Positions 34,232 to 42,610 of a stretch of 64,000 nt of DNA are shown here, in pieces. Source of the stretch: Sneathiellales bacterium (lineage in GTDB: Bacteria > Pseudomonadota > Alphaproteobacteria > JANQFL01); NCBI GenBank assembly GCA_028277845.1, contig JANQFL010000094.1:26791-90790 (forward strand), given 5' to 3'. Position 1 is the first letter of the stretch. Every line of letters starts with the position of its first letter. Made by a program: the position numbers and the translations under genes. The notes under the pieces are model-generated. The model did no database searches and was not told where the DNA came from. It was given only the letters and a program-made list of their open reading frames with translations.

Positions 34232-35365
34232 GTGCACAAATTTGACTATCTCATCATCGGTGGCGGTATGGCTGGCGCATCCGCCGGTTATTTTCTGGCC
34301 GACCACGGTTCGGTCGCGCTTTTGGAGATGGAAAGCCAGCCGGGCTACCACACCACCGGACGTTCGGCGGCGTTTTACGCCCAATCCTACGGCAACGCGG
34401 CCATCCGCGCGCTGACCGTCGGGTGCAAGAGTTTTTTCGACGCACCGCCGCCGGGCTTCACGGACCAGCCGCTGCTCAGCGACTGCGGCGCCCTGTTTGT
34501 CGCCCGGGACGACCAAATGGATTCGCTGCACGCCCATTTCGAGGAAACCCGCGCGCTCATTCCGGATGTGCAATTGCTCACCAAGCAGGAGACCCGAGAC
34601 TGGGTGCCGGCCTTGCGGGAGGACTATGTCGCAGGCGGCCTGAAGGAGCCCCGGTCCATGAGCATCGATGTGCACGCTTTGCACCATGGCTTCCTGCGCG
34701 GTTTCAGGGAAAAGGGCGGAGTCATTGCCACGGACAATCAGGTTATCGGTCTCGGTCGGACAAACGGCGATTGGCTGGCCGAGAGCCGGTCGGGTACCTA
34801 CGCCGCGCCTGTTGTGATCAACGCAGCCGGGGCGTGGTGCGACCAGATTGGCCAACTGGCCGGCGCGCAGCCTATTGGCCTCGTCCCGAAACGGCGTACC
34901 GTGATCGTATTCGACAACTCCAGTCCCCATGACTCGGATTCCTGGCCACTCACGGTCGACGTGGACGAGCAGTTCTACCTAAAACCCGACTCAGGCCGTA
35001 TTTTGGGCTCTCCCGCCAATGAAGATCCCATGGCGCCGTGCGACGTACAGCCCGAGGACATCGATATCGCCACGGCCATGGACCGGCTGCAGAAGGCGAC
35101 GACCTTGGAAATCACATCGATCGTCAACAAATGGGCCGGGTTGCGCTCCTTCGTGGCCGACAAGTCGCCCGTGGTCGGTTTCGACCCCGATGCGCCGGGG
35201 TTTTTCTGGCTCGCGGGCCAGGGTGGCTACGGCATTCAGACCGCGCCGTCCATGGGACTGGTTTCGGCCTTGTTGGCGTCAGGCCGGGACTTTCCGTCCC
35301 ACCTCGTTGACTTGGGATTGACGGCGGCCGACCTGTCTCCCCAACGTCTGCGCGAAGTTGACTAA
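34232..35365 (+). CDS. FAD-dependent oxidoreductase (DAO family, D-amino acid dehydrogenase DauA-like)
   Basis: IIGGGMAG, GYHTTGRSAA, WAGLRSF, GQGGYGIQTAP; GTG start at 34232. Confidence 0.85.
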   Translation: MHKFDYLIIGGGMAGASAGYFLADHGSVALLEMESQPGYHTTGRSAAFYAQSYGNAAIRALTVGCKSFFDAPPPGFTDQPLLSDCGALFVARDDQMDSLHAHFEETRALIPDVQLLTKQETRDWVPALREDYVAGGLKEPRSMSIDVHALHHGFLRGFREKGGVIATDNQVIGLGRTNGDWLAESRSGTYAAPVVINAAGAWCDQIGQLAGAQPIGLVPKRRTVIVFDNSSPHDSDSWPLTVDVDEQFYLKPDSGRILGSPANEDPMAPCDVQPEDIDIATAMDRLQKATTLEITSIVNKWAGLRSFVADKSPVVGFDPDAPGFFWLAGQGGYGIQTAPSMGLVSALLASGRDFPSHLVDLGLTAADLSPQRLREVD

Positions 35366-35427
35366 ACTGTTACGCGAATTCGGTTTGATCCGACCCTGCC
35401 TTCACGGGTTACAATGCCGCGAAAATC

Positions 35428-36252
35428 ATGAGTGAGGACAACATGGATCTGGATACATTTCGCGGCCGATTCGAAACGGAAATTCATTCCGTCAACGGCC
35501 GCAGGTGGGGTGTCATAGACTGCGGTGTCGATTCCGCCGGAAACAAGCCGGTGTTCATATTTCTTCCCGGCACCTTGGGAACCGCGGAAATCTTCTGGAA
35601 CCAGATCGTTGCCTTGTCCGACAGCCATCGGGTGTTGTCCCTGACGTATCCGGCATTGGCCGACGCGGAGGCGTTGGTCGACGACCTTGCCGATCTGATG
35701 AGCAAGTTCGAGCTTAAATCGGCGTCAATCCTGGGCAGTTCCCTGGGCGGGTTTCTCGCCCAGCTTTTTGCGATTCGCCACGCCGACCGCGTCGAACACA
35801 TATTCATCGCCAATTCATTGAGCGACCCAACCCCGTTCAAAACCCAGCAACCGCCGCCCTGGCAGATTTCGGCCATGCCGGCATCGATGCTGCGCAAGGT
35901 GATGGGTGATCGCGTTCAGTCCTGGTCGGCCAACGACGAGTCCATGAAGCCGTTGGTGGAACTGCTCATGCATCAGCTCAACAAGGCCATACCGGGACGT
36001 AATCTCAAGGCCCGGGTTCTGGCGCTGCTGAAATCCGACAACCTGCCCCATCTGCCGATACCCGATTCGCGCATTACCATTATCGACTCGGAGGATGATC
36101 CGTTGATACCCGAAACGGCCCGGGCCGAAGTGCGCCGGCGCTATCCCCAGGCCAGGCATTGCGGTTTCAAGTATGGCGGCCATTTTCCCTATGTCGTTCG
36201 CCCGGACGACTATACGGCCCATATCCGCACCAGCCTGGAACGAGCGGTATGA
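35428..36252 (+). CDS. Alpha/beta hydrolase, maspardin (SPG21)-like
   Basis: Nucleophile elbow GSSLG, acid in DDPLIP, His in GGHFPY. Confidence 0.85.
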   Translation: MSEDNMDLDTFRGRFETEIHSVNGRRWGVIDCGVDSAGNKPVFIFLPGTLGTAEIFWNQIVALSDSHRVLSLTYPALADAEALVDDLADLMSKFELKSASILGSSLGGFLAQLFAIRHADRVEHIFIANSLSDPTPFKTQQPPPWQISAMPASMLRKVMGDRVQSWSANDESMKPLVELLMHQLNKAIPGRNLKARVLALLKSDNLPHLPIPDSRITIIDSEDDPLIPETARAEVRRRYPQARHCGFKYGGHFPYVVRPDDYTAHIRTSLERAV

Positions 36253-37289
36253 GCGGGCGCTGGACACACCGGCCGGACGGGTCCAACTGGGGCGACTTCG
36301 GCGCCGACGACCAGTTGGGCCGGCTCAACCTGCTCACGCCCGAAAAGGTCCGCCAGGGTGCGGCCGAAGTGCGTGAGGGCCTGTCCTTCTGCCTGAGCCT
36401 GCCGCTCGACTATCCCGGCGGCAACGCCCTCAATCCCTCCCGCTTTCCGCCCGAGCTGGGACCGACCTTTCACGACGGCAATCCGCGCATCAACTTTCCC
36501 TTGTCGATCATCGACGCAGCCAACACGGATGTAGTCAGCGACGACCGGGTCTCGATCACCCTGCAGTACTCGACCCAATGGGACAGCCTTGCCCACGTGG
36601 GATCGCACTTCGATGCCGACGGCGACGGCGTGGCCGAGAAGGTCTATTACAACGGTTACCGGGCCGGCGAAGCGGTGATCGGTCCCAAGGACTATGACGA
36701 CCCGTCATCCACCGGCGAACGCGCGCATGTCGGCGCCGTCGATCTGGGTATCGAAAACATGGCGGAGAAGGCCATCCAGGGCCGTGGCGTGCTGGTCGAT
36801 TTGTCACGCAGCTACGGGCGCGGCCGCACCCTGGTCGGCTATGACGAACTGATGCGCTGCATGGAGGAGACGGGCGCCGAAGTGGAGTCCGGCGACATGC
36901 TGGTCCTGCGCACGGGTTTTGCCGAAGTGGTGATGGAAATGCAGCGTCGACCGGACCCCGACACCCTGCACGACAGTTGCGCGGTCCTGAACGGCCGCGA
37001 CGACCGTTTGCTGCAATGGATCACCGACAGCGGCATCGCCGCAATCTGCGCCGACAACTACGCGGTGGAAGCCTATCCCGCCCCGCCCAAGGACGGCCCG
37101 CGCCCGGCACTGCCGATTCACGAACACTGTCTGTTCAAACTGGGCCTGCCCTTGGCCGAACTCTGGTATCTCAAGGACCTGGGGGAATGGCTGGCGGCCA
37201 ACGACCGGACCCGCTTCATGCTGACGGCCCCGCCCCTGCGGCTGCCCGGCGCCGTCGGATCGCCGGTCACGCCGGTGGCCACTGTTTAG
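36249..37289 (+). CDS. Cyclase-family (kynurenine formamidase-like) metal-dependent hydrolase
   Basis: SNWGDFG.DDQLG.LN, STQWDSLAH, GRGVLVD, ELWYL, GAVGSPVTP; ATGA overlap with the upstream gene. Confidence 0.88.
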   Translation: MSGRWTHRPDGSNWGDFGADDQLGRLNLLTPEKVRQGAAEVREGLSFCLSLPLDYPGGNALNPSRFPPELGPTFHDGNPRINFPLSIIDAANTDVVSDDRVSITLQYSTQWDSLAHVGSHFDADGDGVAEKVYYNGYRAGEAVIGPKDYDDPSSTGERAHVGAVDLGIENMAEKAIQGRGVLVDLSRSYGRGRTLVGYDELMRCMEETGAEVESGDMLVLRTGFAEVVMEMQRRPDPDTLHDSCAVLNGRDDRLLQWITDSGIAAICADNYAVEAYPAPPKDGPRPALPIHEHCLFKLGLPLAELWYLKDLGEWLAANDRTRFMLTAPPLRLPGAVGSPVTPVATV

Positions 37290-37290
37290 G

Positions 37291-37668
37291 TCAGGCTTTC
37301 AGCCGCAACGCCAACGCGATCACCAGGCCGAACGACGCCGCCACATCGATCCACATCACCTTGCGGATCGCCGGGTTGTCGATCCCCATCGACAGGACCA
37401 GGGCGATGAAGGCGGCCATGGCAATCAGACCGACGACGATGCCGGTCACGTGCAGTTCGGGCCGGAACGCCGTCCAACACATGTAGCCGCCCAGCAGCCC
37501 GAACAGGACGGCCCTATGGCGCAACAGCAGGACGATATCGCTGTCCCCGGCATCGATCCTGTAGAGATTCGCCAGCGTCTCGCCCGACCAGACCCCGATG
37601 ACCGGCAAGGCGTTGATGATCCCGGCGATCAGGATAAACCCGGTGATCCACTTGTTGGCCATGACCAT
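37291..37668 (-). CDS. Small membrane protein of unknown function
   Basis: About four hydrophobic helices, LLRHRAVLFG motif. Confidence 0.75.
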   Translation of the reverse strand: MVMANKWITGFILIAGIINALPVIGVWSGETLANLYRIDAGDSDIVLLLRHRAVLFGLLGGYMCWTAFRPELHVTGIVVGLIAMAAFIALVLSMGIDNPAIRKVMWIDVAASFGLVIALALRLKA

Positions 37669-37760
37669 CCCCTCGTCGTTGTTCCGAGGGTTAGTCCTAG
37701 CCCGGCCAGGAACGCGAAGAAATTACCCGCCAGGTAATGGCGGCCGTTACCGCGATCCGC

Positions 37761-38540
37761 CTAAAGCGCGGTGATCATGCCGCCATCGGCGACCAGCAGA
37801 TGGCCGTTGACGTAAGACGACGCCTCCGACGCCAGGAAAACCGCAACGGGTCCCAGTTCCTCTTCGCGGCCCCAGCGCCCCAATGGCGTGCGGCCGGTGA
37901 CGAGAGCGTTGAACTCCGGGTTGTTGACCAGGGCGGCGTTCAGTTCGGTGGCGAAATAGCCGGGACAGATGGCGTTGGACGTGACGCCCTTCGGACCGAG
38001 CTCCACGGCCAGGGCCTTGGTCAGGCCGGCCAGGGCGTGCTTGGTGGCCACGTAGGGCGGGATGGTCGGCCGGGCGACGATGGACATGATCGAGGCCGTG
38101 TTGATGATGCGGCCCCAGCCCTGCCCGACCATGGACTTGGCCGCCTCCCGCGCCAGGACGAAGCAGGACGTCAGATTACAGTCCAGCACGCGCTGCCAGT
38201 CGGCGGTTTCCAATTCGGTGACTGCCTGACGGTGGACCATGCCGGCGTTGTTGACGAGGATATCGAGCTTGCCGTGAAAGGCGGCGATTTCCTTGACGGC
38301 ATCGACGGCGGCCGCTTCATCGGTCACATCGAATGCGGCAACCGACGCCTCCAGGCCATCCTGCTTCAACTCGGACTCCCGGCCCGCCAGAGCCTTTTCG
38401 TCACGGGCATTCAGCACTACGTGGGCGCCCGCCTGGGCCAGCGCCTGGGCCATGGCCCAGCCCAATCCGCGCGATGCGCCCGTGATCAGCGCCGTGCGGC
38501 CTTCGAGTGAAAACGTGTCCAGTACGGAACCGTTCGTCAT
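37761..38540 (-). CDS. SDR oxidoreductase, gluconate 5-dehydrogenase-like
   Basis: TGASRGLG, NNAG, YVATK, PGYFATE; start at ATG 38540. Confidence 0.9.
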   Translation of the reverse strand: MTNGSVLDTFSLEGRTALITGASRGLGWAMAQALAQAGAHVVLNARDEKALAGRESELKQDGLEASVAAFDVTDEAAAVDAVKEIAAFHGKLDILVNNAGMVHRQAVTELETADWQRVLDCNLTSCFVLAREAAKSMVGQGWGRIINTASIMSIVARPTIPPYVATKHALAGLTKALAVELGPKGVTSNAICPGYFATELNAALVNNPEFNALVTGRTPLGRWGREEELGPVAVFLASEASSYVNGHLLVADGGMITAL

Positions 38541-38749
38541 ACCTGTACTCCCAACGTCAAGATTGCGCTTCATGATAGCCGCGAGCGCTTGTCCGGCAAG
38601 CCATGGAAACCTACATGTAGAAAGAAGAATCCCGCCGCGAGAGGGCGTGTCACCGCGACGCATTGACCGGACTTGTCACTCCGTTAACCTCTTTGCTCCA
38701 CCCTGCGCAGGCGCACGCCGTGTCATCGGGGGATGGAGATCGGAAGGCC

Positions 38750-39208
38750 ATGACCCTGGTGCTGAATTCGCAGGACCGAACCGACAGCGATCCGTACCGC
38801 CCGATAACCGGGCTGGCACGGTATGCCCTGATTGCGTTCGGATTTCTCAATGTCGCGGTCGGGACCGCGGGCATATTCCTGCCGCTGTTGCCGACCACCG
38901 TATTTCTGCTGATCGCCTTGTGGGCGTTCGCCAGAAGCTCGCCGCGCTTTCACAATTGGCTTTATCACCATCCCAGACTGGGGCCACCCGTCCGCGCCTG
39001 GCACCAGCACCGGGCGATCGCCACATCGGCAAAGATTTTGGCCGTGACCGTGATGACGCTCAGTCTGGTCTACACGACTTTGTTCGTGGCCGACGATTGG
39101 GTGCTGCCGGTGATCATCGGAGTCATACTCGCCCCCATCGCCGCGTGGATCGTTACGCGACCCAATACGGCCGCTCTGGCATCGGTTCGGACCGAAGACG
39201 TCGAATAG
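38750..39208 (+). CDS. YbaN/DUF454 family inner-membrane protein
   Basis: GIFLPLLPTTVF, ARSSPRFHNWL..HP.LGP. Confidence 0.88.
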   Translation: MTLVLNSQDRTDSDPYRPITGLARYALIAFGFLNVAVGTAGIFLPLLPTTVFLLIALWAFARSSPRFHNWLYHHPRLGPPVRAWHQHRAIATSAKILAVTVMTLSLVYTTLFVADDWVLPVIIGVILAPIAAWIVTRPNTAALASVRTEDVE

Positions 39209-39225
39209 CGAATCTTGAGGGAAAA

Positions 39226-39303
39226 TGGGGCGAGAGAGGGGAGTCGAACCCCCGACCTCCTGGACCACAACCAGGCGCTCTAACCAACTGAGCTACTCCC
39301 GCC
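39226..39303 (-). tRNA. tRNA-His(GTG) with encoded G-1
   Basis: G-GCGGGAGTAGCTCAGTTGGTTAGAGCGCCTGGTT-GTG-GTCCAGG...TTCGACT...CTCTCGC-C-CCA. Confidence 0.96.
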
Positions 39304-39373
39304 ACCGGGAGACGCCCTATCTAATCCCCGGCGCCCTTGGGGTCAAGCGCCGTTTCCGCCGTTTCCGGCCCAA

Positions 39374-40534
39374 TCAGCCGGCAAAATGCCGGGCCAGGCG
39401 TTCGATCGCCTGTTCCAGCACCTGGTCCTCCTTGCAGAAGCAGAACCGGGCGACGCCGCTGTCTCCGCCCTGGTTGTAGAAAGCGCTGACAGGAATGGCG
39501 GTGACGCCGGCTTCGACGGTGATATGACGGCAGAAATCCACGTCGGAGCCGTTGAAGCCCAGGGGCTTGAAGTCGGCATTGAGGAAATAGGTGCCATGGC
39601 AGGCCGCCGTGGCCATGCCGATGCCTTCCAGCCCCGAGCGCAGCACATCACGCTTATGCTGCATATCGGCCGCCAACGCGTCGAAATAGGCGTCATCCTT
39701 GCGCAAACCGAAGGCGACGGCCCGCTGCAGATTGGGCGGCGTCGTGAACGTCACGAACTGATGCGCCTTGGCGACGATGGAGAGAAGCCCGGCGCAAGCG
39801 GTGATGTAGCCCACCTTCCAGCCTGTCAGGGAAAAGGTTTTGCCGGCCGAACCGATACGCAGGCAGCGTTCGCGCATGCCGGGCTGGGTCATCAGCGGAA
39901 TATGGTTCCAGCCGTCGAACTTGATGTGTTCATAAACCTCGTCGCACACCGCATAGGCATCGTACCGTTCGACCAGGCCGGCGATAAAGGCGATTTCATC
40001 GGCGTCGAAGACCTTGCCGGTGGGATTCATCGGCGTGTTGAACAGGATCAACTTTGTCTTGTCGGAAAAGGCCGCTTCCAGGGCTTCGCGCGGGACGTCC
40101 CAGTTCGGCGGCTCCAAGCGCACAATTTTCGGCATCGCACCGGCCCGGCGGATGATCGGGATGTAGGAGTCATAAAGTGGCTCGAACACCACGACCTCGT
40201 CGCCCGGATTGATCAAGGCGAACAGGCAGTCCGCCAGGGCTTCGGTGGCGCCCGATGTCACCATGACTTCCGTCTGCCAATCCACATCCAAACCGTAGAA
40301 GCGCTTGTCGTGGTCGGCCACGGCCTGGCGCAATTCCGGCACGCCCAGCATGGGCGGATATTGATTGGGCTGGTCGCCCAGGCACTCGGCCGCCTTGGCG
40401 CGCACGTCCTCGGGGCCGTTGCCGCTGGGAAACCCCTGCCCCAGGTTGATGGAATTATGCTCGATCGCCAGTCGCGACATGACCTCGAACACGGTCGTGC
40501 CATAGCCGGCGAATATCTCGTTGGCCGATTTCAT
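39374..40534 (-). CDS. PLP-dependent class I/II aminotransferase (YbdL/DapC-like)
   Basis: INLGQGFP, NTPMNPTG, CDEVYEH, SAGKTFSLTGWKVG; start at ATG 40534. Confidence 0.9.
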   Translation of the reverse strand: MKSANEIFAGYGTTVFEVMSRLAIEHNSINLGQGFPSGNGPEDVRAKAAECLGDQPNQYPPMLGVPELRQAVADHDKRFYGLDVDWQTEVMVTSGATEALADCLFALINPGDEVVVFEPLYDSYIPIIRRAGAMPKIVRLEPPNWDVPREALEAAFSDKTKLILFNTPMNPTGKVFDADEIAFIAGLVERYDAYAVCDEVYEHIKFDGWNHIPLMTQPGMRERCLRIGSAGKTFSLTGWKVGYITACAGLLSIVAKAHQFVTFTTPPNLQRAVAFGLRKDDAYFDALAADMQHKRDVLRSGLEGIGMATAACHGTYFLNADFKPLGFNGSDVDFCRHITVEAGVTAIPVSAFYNQGGDSGVARFCFCKEDQVLEQAIERLARHFAG

Positions 40535-40607
40535 GCGCCGTTCCCCGAAAAAGAGCCGCAGAATGGCAAAAGCCCTTGCCGGGTGCAAGATCGCGCCGGG
40601 ATTTTCG

Positions 40608-40881
40608 CTAGAGCAATTCCTCCTCAGATGGAACCATTCTGTTTCTCGAGCGGCCTGCCCATCCACCAGCAAGACGGGGCAGCGCGATGTGGTGCATCGC
40701 GCAAGCCGTCTGACGCCGTGGGGGGCGGCCGCTCGGAAACCCGGAGGGACGGGCGTCTTGGCGCCAAATCCGGCGGGTGCCGTCTCGGCCATACCGCCAG
40801 GTATGGCCGCCGCCGCCAGCCTTGGCCTTGGCGCCAATACGCCCCGTCAGAATGCTTCCATCTAAAGAGGAACTGCTCTAG
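40608..40881. mobile_element. MITE-like non-autonomous element (~274 bp) with 34-bp terminal inverted repeats
   Basis: Left end CTAGAGCAATTCCTCCTCAGATGGAACCATTCTG versus reverse complement of the right end CTAGAGCAGTTCCTCTTTAGATGGAAGCATTCTG (30/34 identical); internal nested hairpins; no transposase. Confidence 0.75.
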
Positions 40882-41954
40882 TTCATGAGACTCCCGACCG
40901 CCGTCTCGTCCCATGCGATGCCGAGGCCGGGGCCGCGCGGCGTGATGGTGCCGTCCACCACCCGCGCCGGTTCCTGCAAAATGGCCGAGGCGATGTCGAG
41001 ATGTTCGAGCCAGTGCGCCGTCGGCGTCACCGCCTGAACGTGGGCCGAGGCTTCGTCGAACAGATGGGACGAGACGGGCAGCGACGCGGCTTCCGCCTGG
41101 CCCATGGCCCGCAGCCAGCCGGTGACGCCACCGATCTTCATGATGTCGAGCATGGCGAAGTCGCTGGCCCCGGCCTGGACCGACAGGGCCATGCCTTCGG
41201 GGAACCACCAGTTCTCGCCGGTCTGGATGGGTACCGGAGAGCGTTCGCGGATGCGGGCGTGGCCCGCCAGGTCTTCCGCCGGCACCGGTTCCTCGATCCA
41301 GCCGATGTCGTACTCGGCGATGGCCTTGATGCAATCGAGGGCATCGGGAACGGTCTGCGACTGGTTGAAGTCGACCATCAGCGCCACGTCGTCGCCGATG
41401 ATGCGGCGCACCGCCGCGACGTTGGCCGCGATGTCGGCGCGGCCGCCCAGCCCCACCTTGATCTTGACCGCCTTGAAGCCCTTCTCGAGCGAGGCTTCGA
41501 GCAGGCCGGCGTCCGCCGCCGGGTCGATCATGCCGTGACTGTCGTAGGCCGGCAGCGGCCGGACCGTGCCACCCAGCAGTTCGACGACGGGCAAGCCGTG
41601 CAGTTTGCCGAGGGCGTCCCACAGGGCCATGTCGATGCCGGCCAGCGCCATGCCCACCAGGCCCTGCCGGCCCATCAGCCGGAACATGTCTTCGGTTTCG
41701 GCCATGATCGCCGCCGGCGCCACCGGACGGCCGGTCAGTTGCGGCGCCAGATTGTCGGTGAAGGCGACGACCGGCGCCATGGTCAGGGCACTGTAGGTGA
41801 AGACATAGGCGTGGCCGGTGACGCCTTCGCTGGTGGCGACGTCGAACAGCACCAGCGGTGCCGCCGGAATGGTGCCCGAGGCGGATTTGAGCGGCACCGC
41901 CAGTGGGGCGATAACGGGGCGGGCGGTGATGGCGCGGATGGTGGCGTCGGTCAT
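40878..41954 (-). CDS. Mandelate racemase/muconate lactonizing enzyme family protein
   Basis: KIK, MVDFNQ, WIEEP, GEN, DIMKIGGVTGW, SSH; start at ATG 41954. Confidence 0.9.
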   Translation of the reverse strand: MTDATIRAITARPVIAPLAVPLKSASGTIPAAPLVLFDVATSEGVTGHAYVFTYSALTMAPVVAFTDNLAPQLTGRPVAPAAIMAETEDMFRLMGRQGLVGMALAGIDMALWDALGKLHGLPVVELLGGTVRPLPAYDSHGMIDPAADAGLLEASLEKGFKAVKIKVGLGGRADIAANVAAVRRIIGDDVALMVDFNQSQTVPDALDCIKAIAEYDIGWIEEPVPAEDLAGHARIRERSPVPIQTGENWWFPEGMALSVQAGASDFAMLDIMKIGGVTGWLRAMGQAEAASLPVSSHLFDEASAHVQAVTPTAHWLEHLDIASAILQEPARVVDGTITPRGPGLGIAWDETAVGSLMN

Positions 41955-41997
41955 GGCGGCAACTCCTTGTGCTGTCCGCCGATCAGAGTACTCTTGC

Positions 41998-42039
41998 CCC
42001 GTCCCATGTATACTCACTCGTCGGTATACATGGGACGGG
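41998..42039. promoter_or_regulatory. Putative TetR operator (16-bp perfect inverted repeat)
   Basis: CCCGTCCCATGTATAC-N10-GTATACATGGGACGGG between the divergent racemase and TetR genes. Confidence 0.7.
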
Positions 42040-42046
42040 AGAGGCC

Positions 42047-42610
42047 ATGCCGAAGCAGGCACACGACAGCAGGACCCGGATTCTCGATGCGGCCTACGAC
42101 CTGTTCTATCAGGAAGGCTTCGCCCGGGTCGGTGTCGACGAAATCGCCGACAGGGCCGGCTTCACCAAGCGCACGCTGTACTACCATTTCGACAGCAAGG
42201 ACGCCCTGCTGGCGGCGGTGCTGGACAACCGGGCCGGCCTGTCGCTCGCCCGAATCGAGCAATGGGCCAAAACCGGCGCCGCGACGACGGAGGAAGTGAT
42301 CGACAATCTGTTCACGGCCCTGAAGCGGTGGGTCGAAACGCCGCGCTGGAAGGGTTCGGGTTTCACCCGCCTGGCTATGGAACTGGCCGACCTGAAGGGC
42401 CATCCGGCCCGCACGGTCGCCCGCACCCACAAGGCCGCCATCGAAACCATGCTGACGGATATTCTGCGCGATACGGGCGCGGCGGAACCGGAAAATCTGG
42501 CGATCCAGATCGCCCTGATGTTCGAGGGCGCGCAGGTCCTGACCCTGATCCATGGCGACGTGTCCTACGTCGACCGGGCCCACGCCGCGGCCCGGCGTCT
42601 GGCGTCATGA
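42047..42610 (+). CDS. TetR/AcrR family transcriptional regulator
   Basis: RILDAAYDLFYQEGF, IADRAGFTKRTLYYHFDSKD; GGAGAGG RBS. Confidence 0.92.
   Translation: MPKQAHDSRTRILDAAYDLFYQEGFARVGVDEIADRAGFTKRTLYYHFDSKDALLAAVLDNRAGLSLARIEQWAKTGAATTEEVIDNLFTALKRWVETPRWKGSGFTRLAMELADLKGHPARTVARTHKAAIETMLTDILRDTGAAEPENLAIQIALMFEGAQVLTLIHGDVSYVDRAHAAARRLAS

Noticed and set aside
19950..39303. tRNA genes as prophage or ICE attachment sites; shared GGGAAAA(TGG) next to their 3' ends
   Set aside because: No integrase and no duplicated tRNA 3' end were found; the shared sequence is just a short pyrimidine-rich trailer.
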